Positions 1-13,606 are shown, numbered from the stretch's first letter. The stretch is 64,000 nt of DNA from Lama glama (GCA_028534125.1 CM052816.1:95482001-95546000); one strand, 5' to 3'. Notes: a model not told the origin generated them from the sequence alone. Numbers and translations are program-made.

Positions 1-85
1 AGAGGTCCCATGGATGCGAGGGGCCGGCTATAAACTGCTCTCGGATTTTCACACACAGATGGTTGGCGCTGACACCTGCCAACTA
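1..85. mobile_element. TcMar-Tigger DNA transposon terminal fragment (tentative)
   Basis: catggatgcgaggggccggctataaactgctctcggattttc...ggttggcgctgacacc resembles the Tigger2/3 end as recalled; short and diverged. Confidence 0.35.
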
Positions 86-699
86 TACCTCCCAGCTTTT
101 GGGACAGTTGTTCCTTGCCGTTGTAGGACCAAGGCCCGGTTTCCTTCCTGTCCGCTGGGGGCCGCCCTCAGCTCCCAGAGGCCTGTCTTCGGTGCCTGCA
201 CAGGGTCCCTGCGTGTCAGAGCCGGTATGGGTACTCAATCCTCAGGCTACCCCTCCCTTTTGCCGTGCCCTGAGGGCTCCTGCGATCACACTGGGTCCAC
301 CTGCATCACCTCCCGCTCTTACCGTCAGCCACTGAGTCCTTAATTCCACCTGCAAAGTCCCTGCACAGCAGCACCTAGTTAGCGTCTGAGCGATGCATAA
401 CCAGGCCGGTGGGGGGACAGCTTTAGAAGGCCGCCCGCCATGAGGAGCGGGGATGGGTGGGCGGCCGAGACCAGGTGGGAGCACGGAAGCTGCAAGTTCA
501 CTGTCAGCTTCAATTGTCTTTGAACCAGGAGTCAAGACCCTCAGGTAAGACTTGGTTAAGTGCAGATTTTCAGTGCTTGTATTAAAAATATCTACTGTAT
601 AAACTCGAGTTTATTTTAGTGAGTGAATGGTGCAGATTATGCAGCGTCTCTTGGACTTGACAACAACCAGGATTATCGTGAGGTACTAATTTAGCAGTT

Positions 700-1752
700 C
701 TCAACATCCCTGTGTCGCTGAAAAATGTAATTCAGGACCTCCCTCCCCACACCTGCTGCAAGAGCTTACGCTTCTGTCGGTTATACTCATTGGTATTTAA
801 CCTGATGGAAATTAAGACTAAAAAATAAAGCAAATCTTTATTTTAAAATAGTAACAAACACACCAAATGTTAATGTAAGTGATTTTTCATATTTCCCCAA
901 ACCACAAAGGTGAACAGTGGCATTGTTTTCCACTTTTGCAAATCTCAACGTCCCCCTAACAGGACAGTGAACTGACCTGCTAACAGCACACTCAGCGCGA
1001 CGCAGTCTGGCTGGAGTGGAAGCACGTGAAGACTCCCCACAGGCACACGTACGGTGGGTGGGAAAGTATATTGTCTTCCGCAAAACTGGGGATATTCCTT
1101 TTTAATCTATTCCCAAACTCGGCAAGTGGTAGTTTCAGTAAACTTATCACCGTTACGTCGACCCACCCCCCACTTAGAGGAGATCTGCTCGCGCACGGGA
1201 CCGTGCTAGCCCGACACCTGGCCAGGCCTCGTTTACTGGCCTGTCAGCACCTGGAGCTTGGGCTTCCAGCCTCCAGAACTGTGGGAAGCACTTGTGGACT
1301 CAGCCCCCAGTCGATACTTTCTCTGAAGGAGCCTGAACTAAGCCAGTTGTCCTACTGAAGTGACAGGGTCACTATGTTCATTTTTAAGCCACCGTATGTC
1401 ATACACCCAAGTGTCAGTCACCCTCTAAGGTGGGGCCAGCGCGCCATGAGGGCCTGGTCCAACCAGACAACCGCCCCGCCTGGGATGTGAGTGCCAGGCC
1501 TCACGCCCGCACTGCATCAGGGCGCAGGGAGACCTCAGGACACAGCGACGTGCACTGATCAAGGCCACCCTTCAGTGGGAGCAGCTTCTTAAGTAGGGGG
1601 AGGCGTTGAGGAACAGACTAGCTGACTCGGGCTCGGGTGAGCTTTACCCTCACTGCTTCTGCACCATCAGTGCAACTGTCAACACAGCGAAAAAGGCAAA
1701 TCAGCTCAGTGAAACTACCCCTGACCTCATGGCCCCTTGAAAGCCACCGCTG
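700..1752. mobile_element. hAT-Charlie (Charlie1a-like) DNA transposon remnant, interrupted by an MLT1 fragment at ~1240-1345
   Basis: Blocks gtggcattgttttccacttttgcaaatctc, cccaaactcggcaagtggtagtttc, tgaagtgacagggtcactatgttcattttt and tgtcaacacagcgaaaaaggcaaat match recalled Charlie1 consensus; ttccagcctccagaactgtggg is MLT1-like. Confidence 0.6.
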
Positions 1753-2393
1753 TCATCTACCCACATAAACACAACAGCTCTCAGGACATGCCCCACGTTC
1801 AATGGGCGGGGCCTCCCGGGAAGGAGCCAGAACAGGGACAACGCACGGGGCCTCCGTGACAAGCACACTTAGGACGCTGGTCTCGTCAGCACTGCACTCA
1901 CACCGCAGCTTGTGCCGGTGTGACCTCCCGGCAACGAGGACGTCCCACAATCCTGTGGTGGGAACAGGCGACTCTGACGGTGCCTACAATCAAAGATCCA
2001 CCCACCGAGGCTGATGCAACACTTAAATACGCTTAATAGGACCAAGCCCATATTCCTCTCAATGTTAAAATAAATCTTAAGAACGCAACATTTAAAGCAG
2101 TTAAAAATAGTTCCTACAGCTTATTAAAAAAAAATCAACTCAAACCCCTCCAATTAAGGCATTTGATGAATGTTACAGTGAATGTTTCTTAAACTCGAAG
2201 AGCAGAATATAAAGGTTGTTCAAAGAGCTCCCTTTAATATAACGAATACAAAACCTGCGAGCCTGTACCTCTGCAGCATCACGTCTCTGAACAAGTGAAA
2301 CCACGGAAACCAAACAGCTATTAATGTTTTAGCATCTACAGTGTCTGAAAACAAACGGGATAATAAATAACTGTAGATGCACACGAGACACCA

Positions 2394-2399
2394 TTTATT
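2394..2399 (-). terminator. CCT5: candidate CCT5 proximal polyadenylation signal AATAAA
   Basis: plus-strand tttatt 50 nt past the stop codon; alternatives are ATTAAA at 2233-2238 and AATAAA at 837-842 and 610-615; usage not determinable from sequence. Confidence 0.35.
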
Positions 2400-2448
2400 T
2401 AATCACAGTAGTGGATCTTACTCCTACATTTCATCCTAAAGTTTTTCT

Positions 2449-2598
<150 letters not shown>

Positions 2599-3598
2599 TT
2601 ATCCTAAAACAGCATACACATTTTCTGTCAACACCTTGCTCTGATTTATGGAATCACAGTAAAACTTCATAAATACGAATTTGGGATTCATTAGACCCAG
2701 TTATATTTTCAGAGAAATCTACTTTCATCACTTCCCAGGACATTCTGGAATGTGGGGGGAAGGGTACCCCTCTCCAACAACAGGCTGAGTTTCTCACGGA
2801 CTTGCCAAAGGGAGAGTGGTTCAGCGACATCTCACCCAGTGTGCTCAACACCGTACCGCAGTAAGCCTGAAGTGAGCAAAACCTGACTGTGCCTGAAATG
2901 TAAAGTAACTCCAAGAAAGACCTAAGAATGGTGTATTTTAGCAAACCAAGCATTCACATCAAAGCAGTTTAAGTATCTGCCTGAGTCACTGCTGTTATTA
3001 AAATCTTTGGCCTGTTAACCTGAAAACCAGAACATACCTTTAAGAGTTCTAGATTTCTAAAAACAAAACCCAAAACCACGCGTTAGGAGACTGTGGTCAG
3101 GACTGACTGCGGAGCCCCGGACACGCCTGGCGAGCACAGGAAGCACCGGGACCAGCTTCCCAACGTGCTCAGGCCGCACGCCCTGCCCAGCAGATGGGCT
3201 GGTGAGAGCCACGGAGTCACAAGGCCCCTCGTGCACACACCCTGTAATTGCGGGCACAACCACTGAACCAGCTGTCAACCAGCAGTCAGTCTCAGAGCTG
3301 TTTTACACGACGTACAGGATCCACACTGACAAGTGTGCATGAAAAAGTAAGATGGGGATTCTTTTCTAAAACTTGGGATTAAAATGGAAGCCACCTGTGG
3401 AATAACCACGCTGTAGTCTGTTATTACTAAAACTGGTTTCAGCTTGCCAAGACCAGCAGTGCAACAACTCCCAAGGTAATTAAATCAACCCTACAATCCA
3501 GGGCCTGAACACCTGAAGTGTGTACTAAGGACCCGGTGCTCAGGGCAGACACCTCCCACCACATGGCCACACAGCATGTGACCGCTCCCTTTAAATCA

Positions 3599-3889
<291 letters not shown>

Positions 3890-4051
3890 TTACATGCTTT
3901 TAAAAGCTAACTTGTGAAGAATTCCAAGAACAGGCTGTCAATACAGGATCAGGCTGAAGAAGGTGTATGTGTGAGAGCAAAGTCCAAACAACCAGCACTT
4001 ACTGCTTTATTCTCAGTTACAACGTTTAATTCTGAATTTCAAGTAACATTA

Positions 4052-4375
<324 letters not shown>

Positions 4376-4971
4376 CTAGGGAATAACAATTTTGCCTAAA
4401 TTGACGTGGCCACACTTCAATCATTTCAGAGCCAAACACCAGGCACCTCTGGTTTAATCTCAGTGTTAGCTGGGTACTGGGAGTATTCCTACCCCATCCC
4501 AGGAAAACCAAAACCCTTGGTTACAACAGAGGGCGAGGGCGTGTCGGAATACTTGTCAGACTGTCTCTTTATCTTCCTTTTCTTCCCTATGACGCAGTTA
4601 GAAAAAAATACAAAGACGCAGCCTCAACTCATTCGGGCACACGAGCAAGTGAAGGGGTCAAACAAAACTGAAGGAGAATCCTCATGAGTCTCACCCACCA
4701 CCACGCACTACACCCATCCTGGAGAAGGACGGGCGTCCAAGGTTACTGCCCGGGTTCCACTTCTACCCAGGGACTGAGGAGAGGCAAGTGGGCCGTGCAG
4801 AACTGACGGTGGGCCGTGGTCTTCAGTCACTTCCACCACCATGTCCCTGATCCTCCAAAAAAGACGGCCCTGTCTCTTATGGTAACCATCTCTCAGTTAA
4901 ATACACTATGGGAAAATCCAAATCACGTTCCTAAATCGGACAAAATGTAGGACAAACAGCTGAGTCCTCAC

Positions 4972-5157
4972 CATCTTATTTCCTCCTCTGATGAAGATGG
5001 TGACCGCCCTGGAGTTCTTACACTGCTCGATGACCAGCATCTTGTCTTTAGTTGTCCCGAACGAGATCTCCTTCACTAGACCCGCGAAGCCCAGCTTCTC
5101 GGGCATCAGCTCTGAGAACCGTGGGACGATACGCCCCCCGGTGGCGATGGCAATCAG
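4972..5157 (-). CDS. CCT5: CCT5 exon 8 (186 nt): [62 protein letters not shown]
   Basis: cag|CTG acceptor, ATG|gtgagg donor; matches CCT5 apical/intermediate domain. Confidence 0.97.
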
Positions 5158-5703
5158 CTGCGCAGAAGGCCGGGAAAGAGGCTAGTGAGTGCAGCCCAAG
5201 TTCCCACCATGATCAAGCCAAACCTGCCCTATAACCCGGTGTTCACTAGGACTGCTGCCCACTCTGGCCCAGAAGTTCCTGGGTCCACCCCAGAGGCCTT
5301 GTCCCATGACCCAGGTTCTGAAGAGCTGGGCATCCTGGTCCCGCTCCAGTGGGCCTGGCACCCCACTCTGCCCACCTGTCCTGGGCCGGGCCGCAGGGCA
5401 GAGCAGCGAGGCCGGGACCCTGGGGGACAGACCACGCATGCAAAGGCTGTTAGTGTTTCTGTGGCTGACAGAGGTGGGCAACTAGCCTTCTTGCCTCAGA
5501 GAGCCACGGAGACAGCCAGTGAGGACACAAGACAGGACTTCAAAATGCAATCAAACAGCAGAAATACATACAAAAACCTAAGAAAGGTCCCATATCCCCC
5601 CTCCCTAGCGCACCCTCCCGCCCCAGCAGCCTGGGCACAATGCGGTGATGCGCTCTGCCAGCACGCGGGCCCAGGAGCGCACCCCAGGCTCAGCCTGCGT
5701 TCA

Positions 5704-5871
<168 letters not shown>

Positions 5872-6513
5872 TTAATAAATAGTAAGTATTCTTTGTGCTC
5901 TAATGTTTGAAAAAAATTGAAAAAAAGACGTGAAACATAGTTGAGTGTGTAGGGCAGTGCGTTAAATAAAGCACAGGAAAGAAAAGGAAGCACCCACATG
6001 TCTGCTCTCCGTCAGCTCTGAACGTAAACATGAACATGCATCGCTGGAAATCATCTCGTTTTTAAACAAGGCTTTAAACGTTAGCAGTTTGCGCGGAACG
6101 CCCACCGCTGTCCCAGTGAAGCAACGCAGGACGTGCCAACAGGGCTAGCGCCCTGCTCTGGGGAGACCAAGGTCAACAGCGCTGTCCCTCACAAAAACCT
6201 GTGAAGCAGCTATTTTTGTGTTTAACCAAAAACTGAATCTTACTTTTCTGCAACTTGCTTTTCTCACCTGAGTGGACTATCCTCTGTGGGTCAAGACACA
6301 GGCTAATTCAGAGGCTGGCAGAGGCCCTCCTGCTTCCAGTCAGAACCCACCCCGGCAAACGGCTAAGCGACTTGTCCCAGGAGGGCGGCAGTGATCAGAA
6401 CGGTCCATCCCTCCTCGGTGGCGATGACCACTGTACTCCTGTCTCTGCCCTCCACACCCGGCTCTCTACCTCCTCCCTTCCTTCCTGACCCTCTGGAACC
6501 TTCCAGGGGCCCC

Positions 6514-7013
6514 NNNNNNNNNNNNNNNNNNNNNNNNNNNNNNNNNNNNNNNNNNNNNNNNNNNNNNNNNNNNNNNNNNNNNNNNNNNNNNNNNNNNNNN
6601 NNNNNNNNNNNNNNNNNNNNNNNNNNNNNNNNNNNNNNNNNNNNNNNNNNNNNNNNNNNNNNNNNNNNNNNNNNNNNNNNNNNNNNNNNNNNNNNNNNNN
6701 NNNNNNNNNNNNNNNNNNNNNNNNNNNNNNNNNNNNNNNNNNNNNNNNNNNNNNNNNNNNNNNNNNNNNNNNNNNNNNNNNNNNNNNNNNNNNNNNNNNN
6801 NNNNNNNNNNNNNNNNNNNNNNNNNNNNNNNNNNNNNNNNNNNNNNNNNNNNNNNNNNNNNNNNNNNNNNNNNNNNNNNNNNNNNNNNNNNNNNNNNNNN
6901 NNNNNNNNNNNNNNNNNNNNNNNNNNNNNNNNNNNNNNNNNNNNNNNNNNNNNNNNNNNNNNNNNNNNNNNNNNNNNNNNNNNNNNNNNNNNNNNNNNNN
7001 NNNNNNNNNNNNN
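6514..7013. other. assembly gap (exactly 500 N) hiding CCT5 exons 4-6
   Basis: run of N; exons 4-6 not found in the flanking sequence. Confidence 0.95.
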
Positions 7014-7360
7014 TCACGACCACAGAGTTTGTTTTAATACTGCTGTACTCCAAGCACATCCAGAGCAGTGAGAACAGAGCTTGGTACCCAACGAATACCT
7101 GGCTGAATAAATGAATTCAAATCTCACCTACAAGAAAAGTAACATTACAGACACTAATCTCATCAACCTCCCTGGAACTTTTAATCTAGAACAGCTGCCT
7201 AACTCTACCCCAACCTGCTTCCCCTTCTTTCATGATGGCGACAGTTCTGAAGAGTCTGGGCCACTTGTCTTGCATCGTGTCCTCCAGTTTGGATTTGCCC
7301 CACTGTCTCCTAATGACCTGATCCAGAGTAAATGTTCTGAGCAGAAGTGTCAGACCTTTA

Positions 7361-7627
<267 letters not shown>

Positions 7628-7727
7628 CTATAAGAAAAAGTTACCTTGACCTCTTGACCCAGTTCCTATCTGGGAATTTATTATAAATAAAAGTCAAGAA
7701 TACACCAAAAAGGACACTCCCCTTTCA

Positions 7728-7829
<102 letters not shown>

Positions 7830-8532
7830 CTAAATGAAACAAACACAAATATATATAATTGTAAGTTACATATATTTATAAGTTAAGAACATAGAGCTGA
7901 TACATTATAAAAATCACTTATGACAGACTCCATTCTCTAGAAGCTTCTACATTTAAGCAGCAGCAGACAGGTCCATATCTAACTGTGACAACTTCACAAT
8001 TTTCCCTCCAAATGTCTGGTTTCCTGTCTTCCTATGTTACCATCTTCATCCCAACCCAGAGCAGGTCCACAGCACCTTACATATTTCCAGGGTCTCTTAT
8101 CTCATCAATCCTTCAGATTCATCCTCCGTCCAGCTAAGCCATCCATTTTTCTCAAACGCGTTGCCAACCAGTCCCCAGACCTTAAATGACTCCCCAGTAC
8201 CCCAACACTCAAGTCCGAAGCAGTTCTTCAAAGCCCTCCCCGATCTGAGATCAAGCTCCCTCCCACTGAGGACAGTCTATGCCTGTTGCCCTAACACACC
8301 CTCTGATCCCTGAAGCGCTGATGCACAGGAGACCCTCCTCTACCCATCGAAGCCCTGACCAACTTCCAAAGCAGTTCAAATCCACATGTTCTCTGAAGCC
8401 TCCCTTCCCTTATAACCCCATCTAGCAGGTAACAAGACAAAGTCCCCTAGATTTGCGAAAGTATTGATAACCCTTAAAACACACTTTGTTAAGTCTGTAT
8501 AATGGAATTTTTAAAGGCTAATAACCATAGGA

Positions 8533-8727
8533 AGGTGGTTTTTAACCAGGGGCAGTTTTGACCCCTAGGAGAATCTGACAATGCCTGGAGACATCCTTGG
8601 CTGTCACCCTGAGAGAGGGGATCGTACTAGGGAGAGGGCAGGGACGCTGCCACACATCTTGCACAGGACAGACCCCACAACAAAGAAGGATCCAGCCCCA
8701 CGTATCAGCAGTGCCAAAGCTAAGAGG
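8533..8727 (+). mobile_element. MER20 (hAT-Charlie) DNA transposon fossil
   Basis: gtggtttttaaccaggggcagttttgacccc...aatgcctggagacatccttggctgtcac...gcacaggacagaccccacaacaaagaa matches recalled MER20 consensus. Confidence 0.8.
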
Positions 8728-8744
8728 TGGGCTTCAGACCACTG

Positions 8745-8880
8745 GCTGCCAAGTCAGACAGAGGTGGTCCTGGACCACGGCCCTGTTCTGTGACCTCAAG
8801 CAATTATTTAACTGCTCTGGGACCAAGCTTCCAATTCCATAAAATAATATCTGCCTCAGAATGTGAGGACTACATGAGAT
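8745..8880 (+). mobile_element. MIR SINE fragment
   Basis: tgtgacctcaagcaattatttaactgctctggg...atctgcctcagaatgtgaggactacatgagat MIR core. Confidence 0.6.
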
Positions 8881-10125
8881 GTGGCTGATGAAAAATAACC
8901 TGTAGCTTCGGTTACCTGGTTATTCTGGGTACAACCTTCTCTGCTGGTCCCGTTAGTACGCAAGTGGCTTGACTGCCTACCATGGATCAAAGACTGGGTG
9001 GACACTCCCTAAGTTACCCCATTTAATTCTCATCCTCAGCTGATGGGGGTGTACTGCCCTCACTGAAAAGAGAGTCAGAGAGGTTGTGTTACTTGTCCTA
9101 AGTCAAACAAACAGCCCGGGGGAGAACTGAACTGCTTCTTAATTTAAGTAAAACCCCAAGACACTAAGCAAAGAGGGACACCTCAGATCAGGGAACATGG
9201 TCTGTACACATCATGTCATAGATTCCACCCCAAATGCTACTTCCTCCGGTATAGTTCTACTTAAATTGTGAGTCTGTTCAAAACCCCTTCAAATGCGTGC
9301 CTCCCCTCCTATCCCTTAGGATAACATCTTGATTGTGGGGCATTCAAGAACTTCCACCTTTGGGAACTACTGTAAGGTAAGGTAGACTGTGCTCTGTTAA
9401 AACCAGGCGGTTCCACTACATGCCATGCATTCTCCTGCCCAGGTCTTTGCTTTTGCTGTTTTCTCTCCCTAAAATGCTAGCTCTCTCCCATTCAAAACCT
9501 TACTCCATCTCTGAACAAACGTCAACCTCTAGCGAAGGTCTGAAGGACACCCTTCAGCTTTTATCTGCATCCCATGACTGGTGATTCCGGTCACACACTG
9601 CCTTGTATTGTGGTTATTAGTGACCAATTCTCACTCTTTTCTTCCTCAAAGGTGTACGTTTTCAATTTTTAAGATACTACATCCAGGAAAACGCCATGTA
9701 GAAAGATACTAAAAAAAAATGAAACGCTGTAAATGACTAAGCCTTTAGGAAATGACAAAGAAAATGAAACTTATTTCTTCTGGGACTGTTGCAGGTACAC
9801 CAACGGAAGATTAAGAATCAAGAGTCCTAACCCGCCAAGAGACCTGAGAATACCCTCTCCGCGTCTTACTGATGAAAACACGGTACGGAATGACTGCAGG
9901 CTGGAGAAATCAGCCGGGACGCGGGTGAACTGAAGCTGCCCCACCCAACTCTGTGAAGGGCGCTTGTGGCTCCAGCCTCACCCCAAATTGGGCCTAAAGG
10001 CTTGAACGGTGGCCTCTGCGGGCCCAAAGCGTCGGGTGCAGGACTGGAGACTGGGGGGGGGGGTCCCCCGACCTTTCCCGGGAGCACATGGCAGAAGCGC
10101 TCGTAAGTTTGCGCAGGCGCAGTCA

Positions 10126-10422
<297 letters not shown>

Positions 10423-10713
10423 CTAGTTTAACGCCAGACAGTCTCTTCTGGAATCAGCGGCCATCGGGAACGTCTATCATCCAGGAAGCTGTGGGGGGAA
10501 GTTTGAAGACATGGACGGGAACTTTAGAACCCACAAGTCAGGAGCAGATCGAGTCGAGACATTTATTAAAGCTACAAAATGGAGAGTTTCTGTACAGTGG
10601 TCCCAATGAATAACTAGTTTATTTAGAGCATTATTTTCTCGCTCCTTCCCACCCCCAGCTCCGAGGAGATGGTAGAATCCACTGCCTTTTTTTTAACTGC
10701 GGGAAATCTCGCG

Positions 10714-10729
10714 ATGGAGGGAGGAAGAG
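10714..10729 (+). CDS. ATPSCKMT: ATPSCKMT (FAM173B) exon 1 coding part (16 nt): MEGGR(G)
   Basis: gcgATGG strong Kozak; ATG GAG GGA GGA AGA G|gtgagg; phase fits exon 2; human protein starts MEGGGG. Confidence 0.88.
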
Positions 10730-11215
10730 GTGAGGTCTGGCGTTCGGTGCCTCAGGGCTGCTGCCCAGCGCGCCCCGACCCTTAGGCGCCTGCCGCAGGT
10801 GCGTGTGCTGCTCTTGGGATCCAGCCATTTTCACTGATAAAAAAAAATACATACTTTATTGAATGGTGGTAGCAGTATAGCCATATTTTGGACTTACATA
10901 GCAGCTTGAAAAGCTCGGACACATTTTTGTGAAGTTGGAAGCCTTGCAGGTGTAGAAATTTGGGGCAGAAATGTGTGTGGTAGCGTCAGGGAACACTGCT
11001 GCTGGTGTTGCCTTTCTTAAACACAAATAATGTCGTGACTTCTCAAAAAGTTTCGTCTCCGTGCACAGGAGTAAAATGCGTATTTAACCTGGCCCGCGAG
11101 GACTCCCTCCCTCCTTCCTGCTTTTCTGTCACCCTGAACGCAGCAAATGCTTCCCCTGCCTCCTGTGCCTGGTTTCCCAGGAGTCCTTCTGAGAATGCTC
11201 CTTTTCCAGTACCGG

Positions 11216-11710
11216 TGTTATCAGCAAAAGGAAAATAAGAATTACCTCGGTTCTTAGTCACCCGAAAAAAAATTTTTGATGAGAGACAGAAAGCATGATA
11301 CAAGCAAGTTTTTTATTAGTGAAGTTAAAAAAAATAATGAAAGATGGTACACTTCCAAGAGTTGGGAGAAGGCCAATCCAAGAGAGGAAAAATGGCGAAG
11401 CTCCTTTGTTTTTCCTATTTTTATATCCTGGCTTCATGATTGATTGATTGATTGGTTGATTGACAATTCAGGTTGCCTACGCTCAGGCGCATCCATCCCC
11501 TTTTGGGTAGGTTCACGGAGTCAAGTTATACTGGGTCCTTCTCTTATGGGCAGCTGCAGCGTTTTGATTTTGGCTGGCTTCTTTTGCTGGCCCTCATTTA
11601 GAGAAAATGTAAGTTTCTTATCCTGAGTGCAGATGTACTGTTATTTTCTTGGTGGTTCCTTTGCCCTTCCTCTCTTGCCGAATGCTCATTTCTATCTAAA
11701 CTGCCTAACA
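11216..11710 (-). mobile_element. solo ERV-type LTR (495 bp), family not recognised
   Basis: TGTTA...TAACA terminal inverted repeat; on minus strand CCAAT (11455-11451), TATAAAAA (11425-11418), AATAAA (11317-11312); flanked by 41-bp direct repeats. Confidence 0.75.
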
Positions 11711-11747
11711 TCCCAGGGGTCCTTCTGAGAATGCTCTTTTTCCAGTA

Positions 11748-11860
11748 CAGGTATCCTCATGTTTTTTGAAAGTTCACTTTATACCACTTTGCTTTTATAA
11801 AAGACCTGCGTTAGAACCTGTTTTCACAAACTGAGAGAAATCCAAAGAGGATTTTTAGGA
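11748..11860. mobile_element. TcMar-Tigger-like DNA transposon 5' fragment
   Basis: ta|caggtatcctcatgttttttgaaagttcactttataccactttgcttttataaaagacc; TA target followed by CAGG terminus. Confidence 0.5.
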
Positions 11861-11871
11861 CAAAGAGAAGC

Positions 11872-12280
11872 TGTCTGTCAACAGACACATGGATAAGCAA
11901 AATGTAGGCTATCTCCCTGATGGAATATTAGGCCATAAAAAAGAATAAAGTACTGATACATTGGACAGCATGGATGCATCTTGAGAACATTATGCTGGGA
12001 GAGAGAAGCCAGTCACACAAAAACCACGTGCTAAGTGATTCCACCCATGAAAGTCTGCTGTCTGAACGGACAGAAAGTAGATTAGTGGTTGCTTAGGGCT
12101 GGATGGGGAGGAGAAGGATGGGAGGGTGATAGCTAAAGCAAAAGGGGTTTCTTCTGGAAGTAATGAGAAAATTCTAAAGTTGACTGTGATGATGGTGTGT
12201 CTGAATATACTAAAGGCCTTTGAAGTGTACGTATTAGATGGGACATACGAATTACGTCTCAATAAAGTTGCTAAAAATAA
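11872..12280 (+). mobile_element. L1 (L1MB-like) 3' end
   Basis: atggataagcaaaatgtagg...gccataaaaaagaataaagtactgatac...agaagccagtcacacaaaaa...ctcaataaagttgctaaaaa. Confidence 0.8.
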
Positions 12281-12309
12281 TATCCTGCCTCCGTGATAGT
12301 CTTGAAAAT

Positions 12310-12470
12310 AACAGTAGTGGCTAATAGTCATCACTTACTCTCTCAGGCCTGTGCTAAGGGCTTTGTATGCATTATTTGTTTAATGTCCCGATAACCCTAT
12401 GAAGATGTTATTTCTAAATCTTTTAGGTGAGGAAAGCGAGCCTTAGAAACAACTTACCTAGTGTTACACC
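12310..12470 (-). mobile_element. MIR SINE fragment
   Basis: gtgctaagggctttgtatgcattatttgtttaat...aaccctatga...ttttaggtgaggaaa. Confidence 0.6.
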
Positions 12471-12770
12471 ACTATATATATACAACTGTATGCATATAGT
12501 TACACATAACTATATTGCTACCTCTGTTCCACAGAAATGTATTGCTTTTCTTCTTTTACCAGTTCTGAGTCTTCAGAGCTGTGAGACTGAAATCTTCCTG
12601 ACCACTGTATGGCACAGTTGGAATGCCTGCGGGGTGATTTTACTCAAGGCATGAAAGACGTACCTTAACCTTTAAAAACAATTGATCAGATGCATGACTA
12701 CTACTGTAGCCTGTATATTCCTCCGTACTACGCTGAAGTGTATAAATGAACATGTATCGAAAACTTTCTT

Positions 12771-12905
12771 TTTTGGGGGGGAGAAAGAAGTAATTTAGTT
12801 TATTTAATATTATTATTGTTTTTCTAATGGAGTTACTGGGGTTTGAACTGAGGACCTTGTGCATGCTAAGCACTGCACTCTACCACTGAGCTATACCCTC
12901 CCTCC
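12771..12905 (-). mobile_element. Vic-1-type camelid tRNA-derived SINE
   Basis: reverse complement gggagggtatagctcagtggtagagtgcagtgcttagcatgcacaaggtcctcagttcaaaccccagt with A and B boxes, then taaactaaattac and A-rich tail. Confidence 0.85.
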
Positions 12906-13206
12906 TGAAAACTCTTGCTTTCTATCAAACACCATCACCTTCCTAAACGACTTTTGTTTTACTCCCATCACCAGCAGTAGACTTTCACTGTTGTTTCTGA
13001 CTTGGTTTTCCACCATGCCGCTAGTTTTAAAACTCACTTTAGAGGACCTTGGGCATCAGGAAGTACAAAGCCGCATGGAACAGGAAATGCTGGGGTTGGT
13101 CAGCTGCCCTGGAGCAGTGACTGCCCACCGTGGGCCAGCTTCTGGTGTGCCCAGTGTTCACATTTGTGTCTTACCACAGTTGTAACGGATTACCATGTTC
13201 CATGAG

Positions 13207-13606
13207 TGTGGTAGGCAGAAATAAGTCCATGCCCTGATCCCTGGAACCTGTGAGGACGTTACCTGAGCAACATTGCAGATGTGATTAAGGACTTTGAGAT
13301 GGGGAAATTATCCTGGCTTGTCTGGGTGGCCAGTGTGCTCACAGGGACAGGATTCCTTTCCTGTAAAGGAAAGAGTGGGATAGGGGTGTCAGGTGTTAGG
13401 ATGGAAGCAGAGGTTGGAGGTATGTGGGGCCAAAGAATGCCTCTCAAAGTGGGAAAAGGCAGCAAACCCATCCTAGAGCTTCCAGAAGGAGCACAGCCTA
13501 CACTTTCAGACCTCTGATCTCCCAAACTGTATGTTAATAAGTGTGTATTGTTTTAACTCACTAAGTTTGTGGTAATTTCTTAAGGCAGCAAAAGGAAACT
13601 AATACA
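13207..13606 (+). mobile_element. MLT1D-like ERVL-MaLR LTR
   Basis: tgtggtaggcagaa...gcagatgtgattaaggactttgagatgggg...gcagcaaaaggaaactaataca. Confidence 0.8.

Noticed and set aside
6391..7071. Long ORFs of 180-226 aa (also at 27690-28352)
   Set aside because: Artefacts of translating the N runs as X.
10440..10535. Heat-shock element in the CCT5 promoter (ttctggaa, gaactttagaa)
   Set aside because: Only two correctly spaced nGAAn units; no convincing three-unit array.
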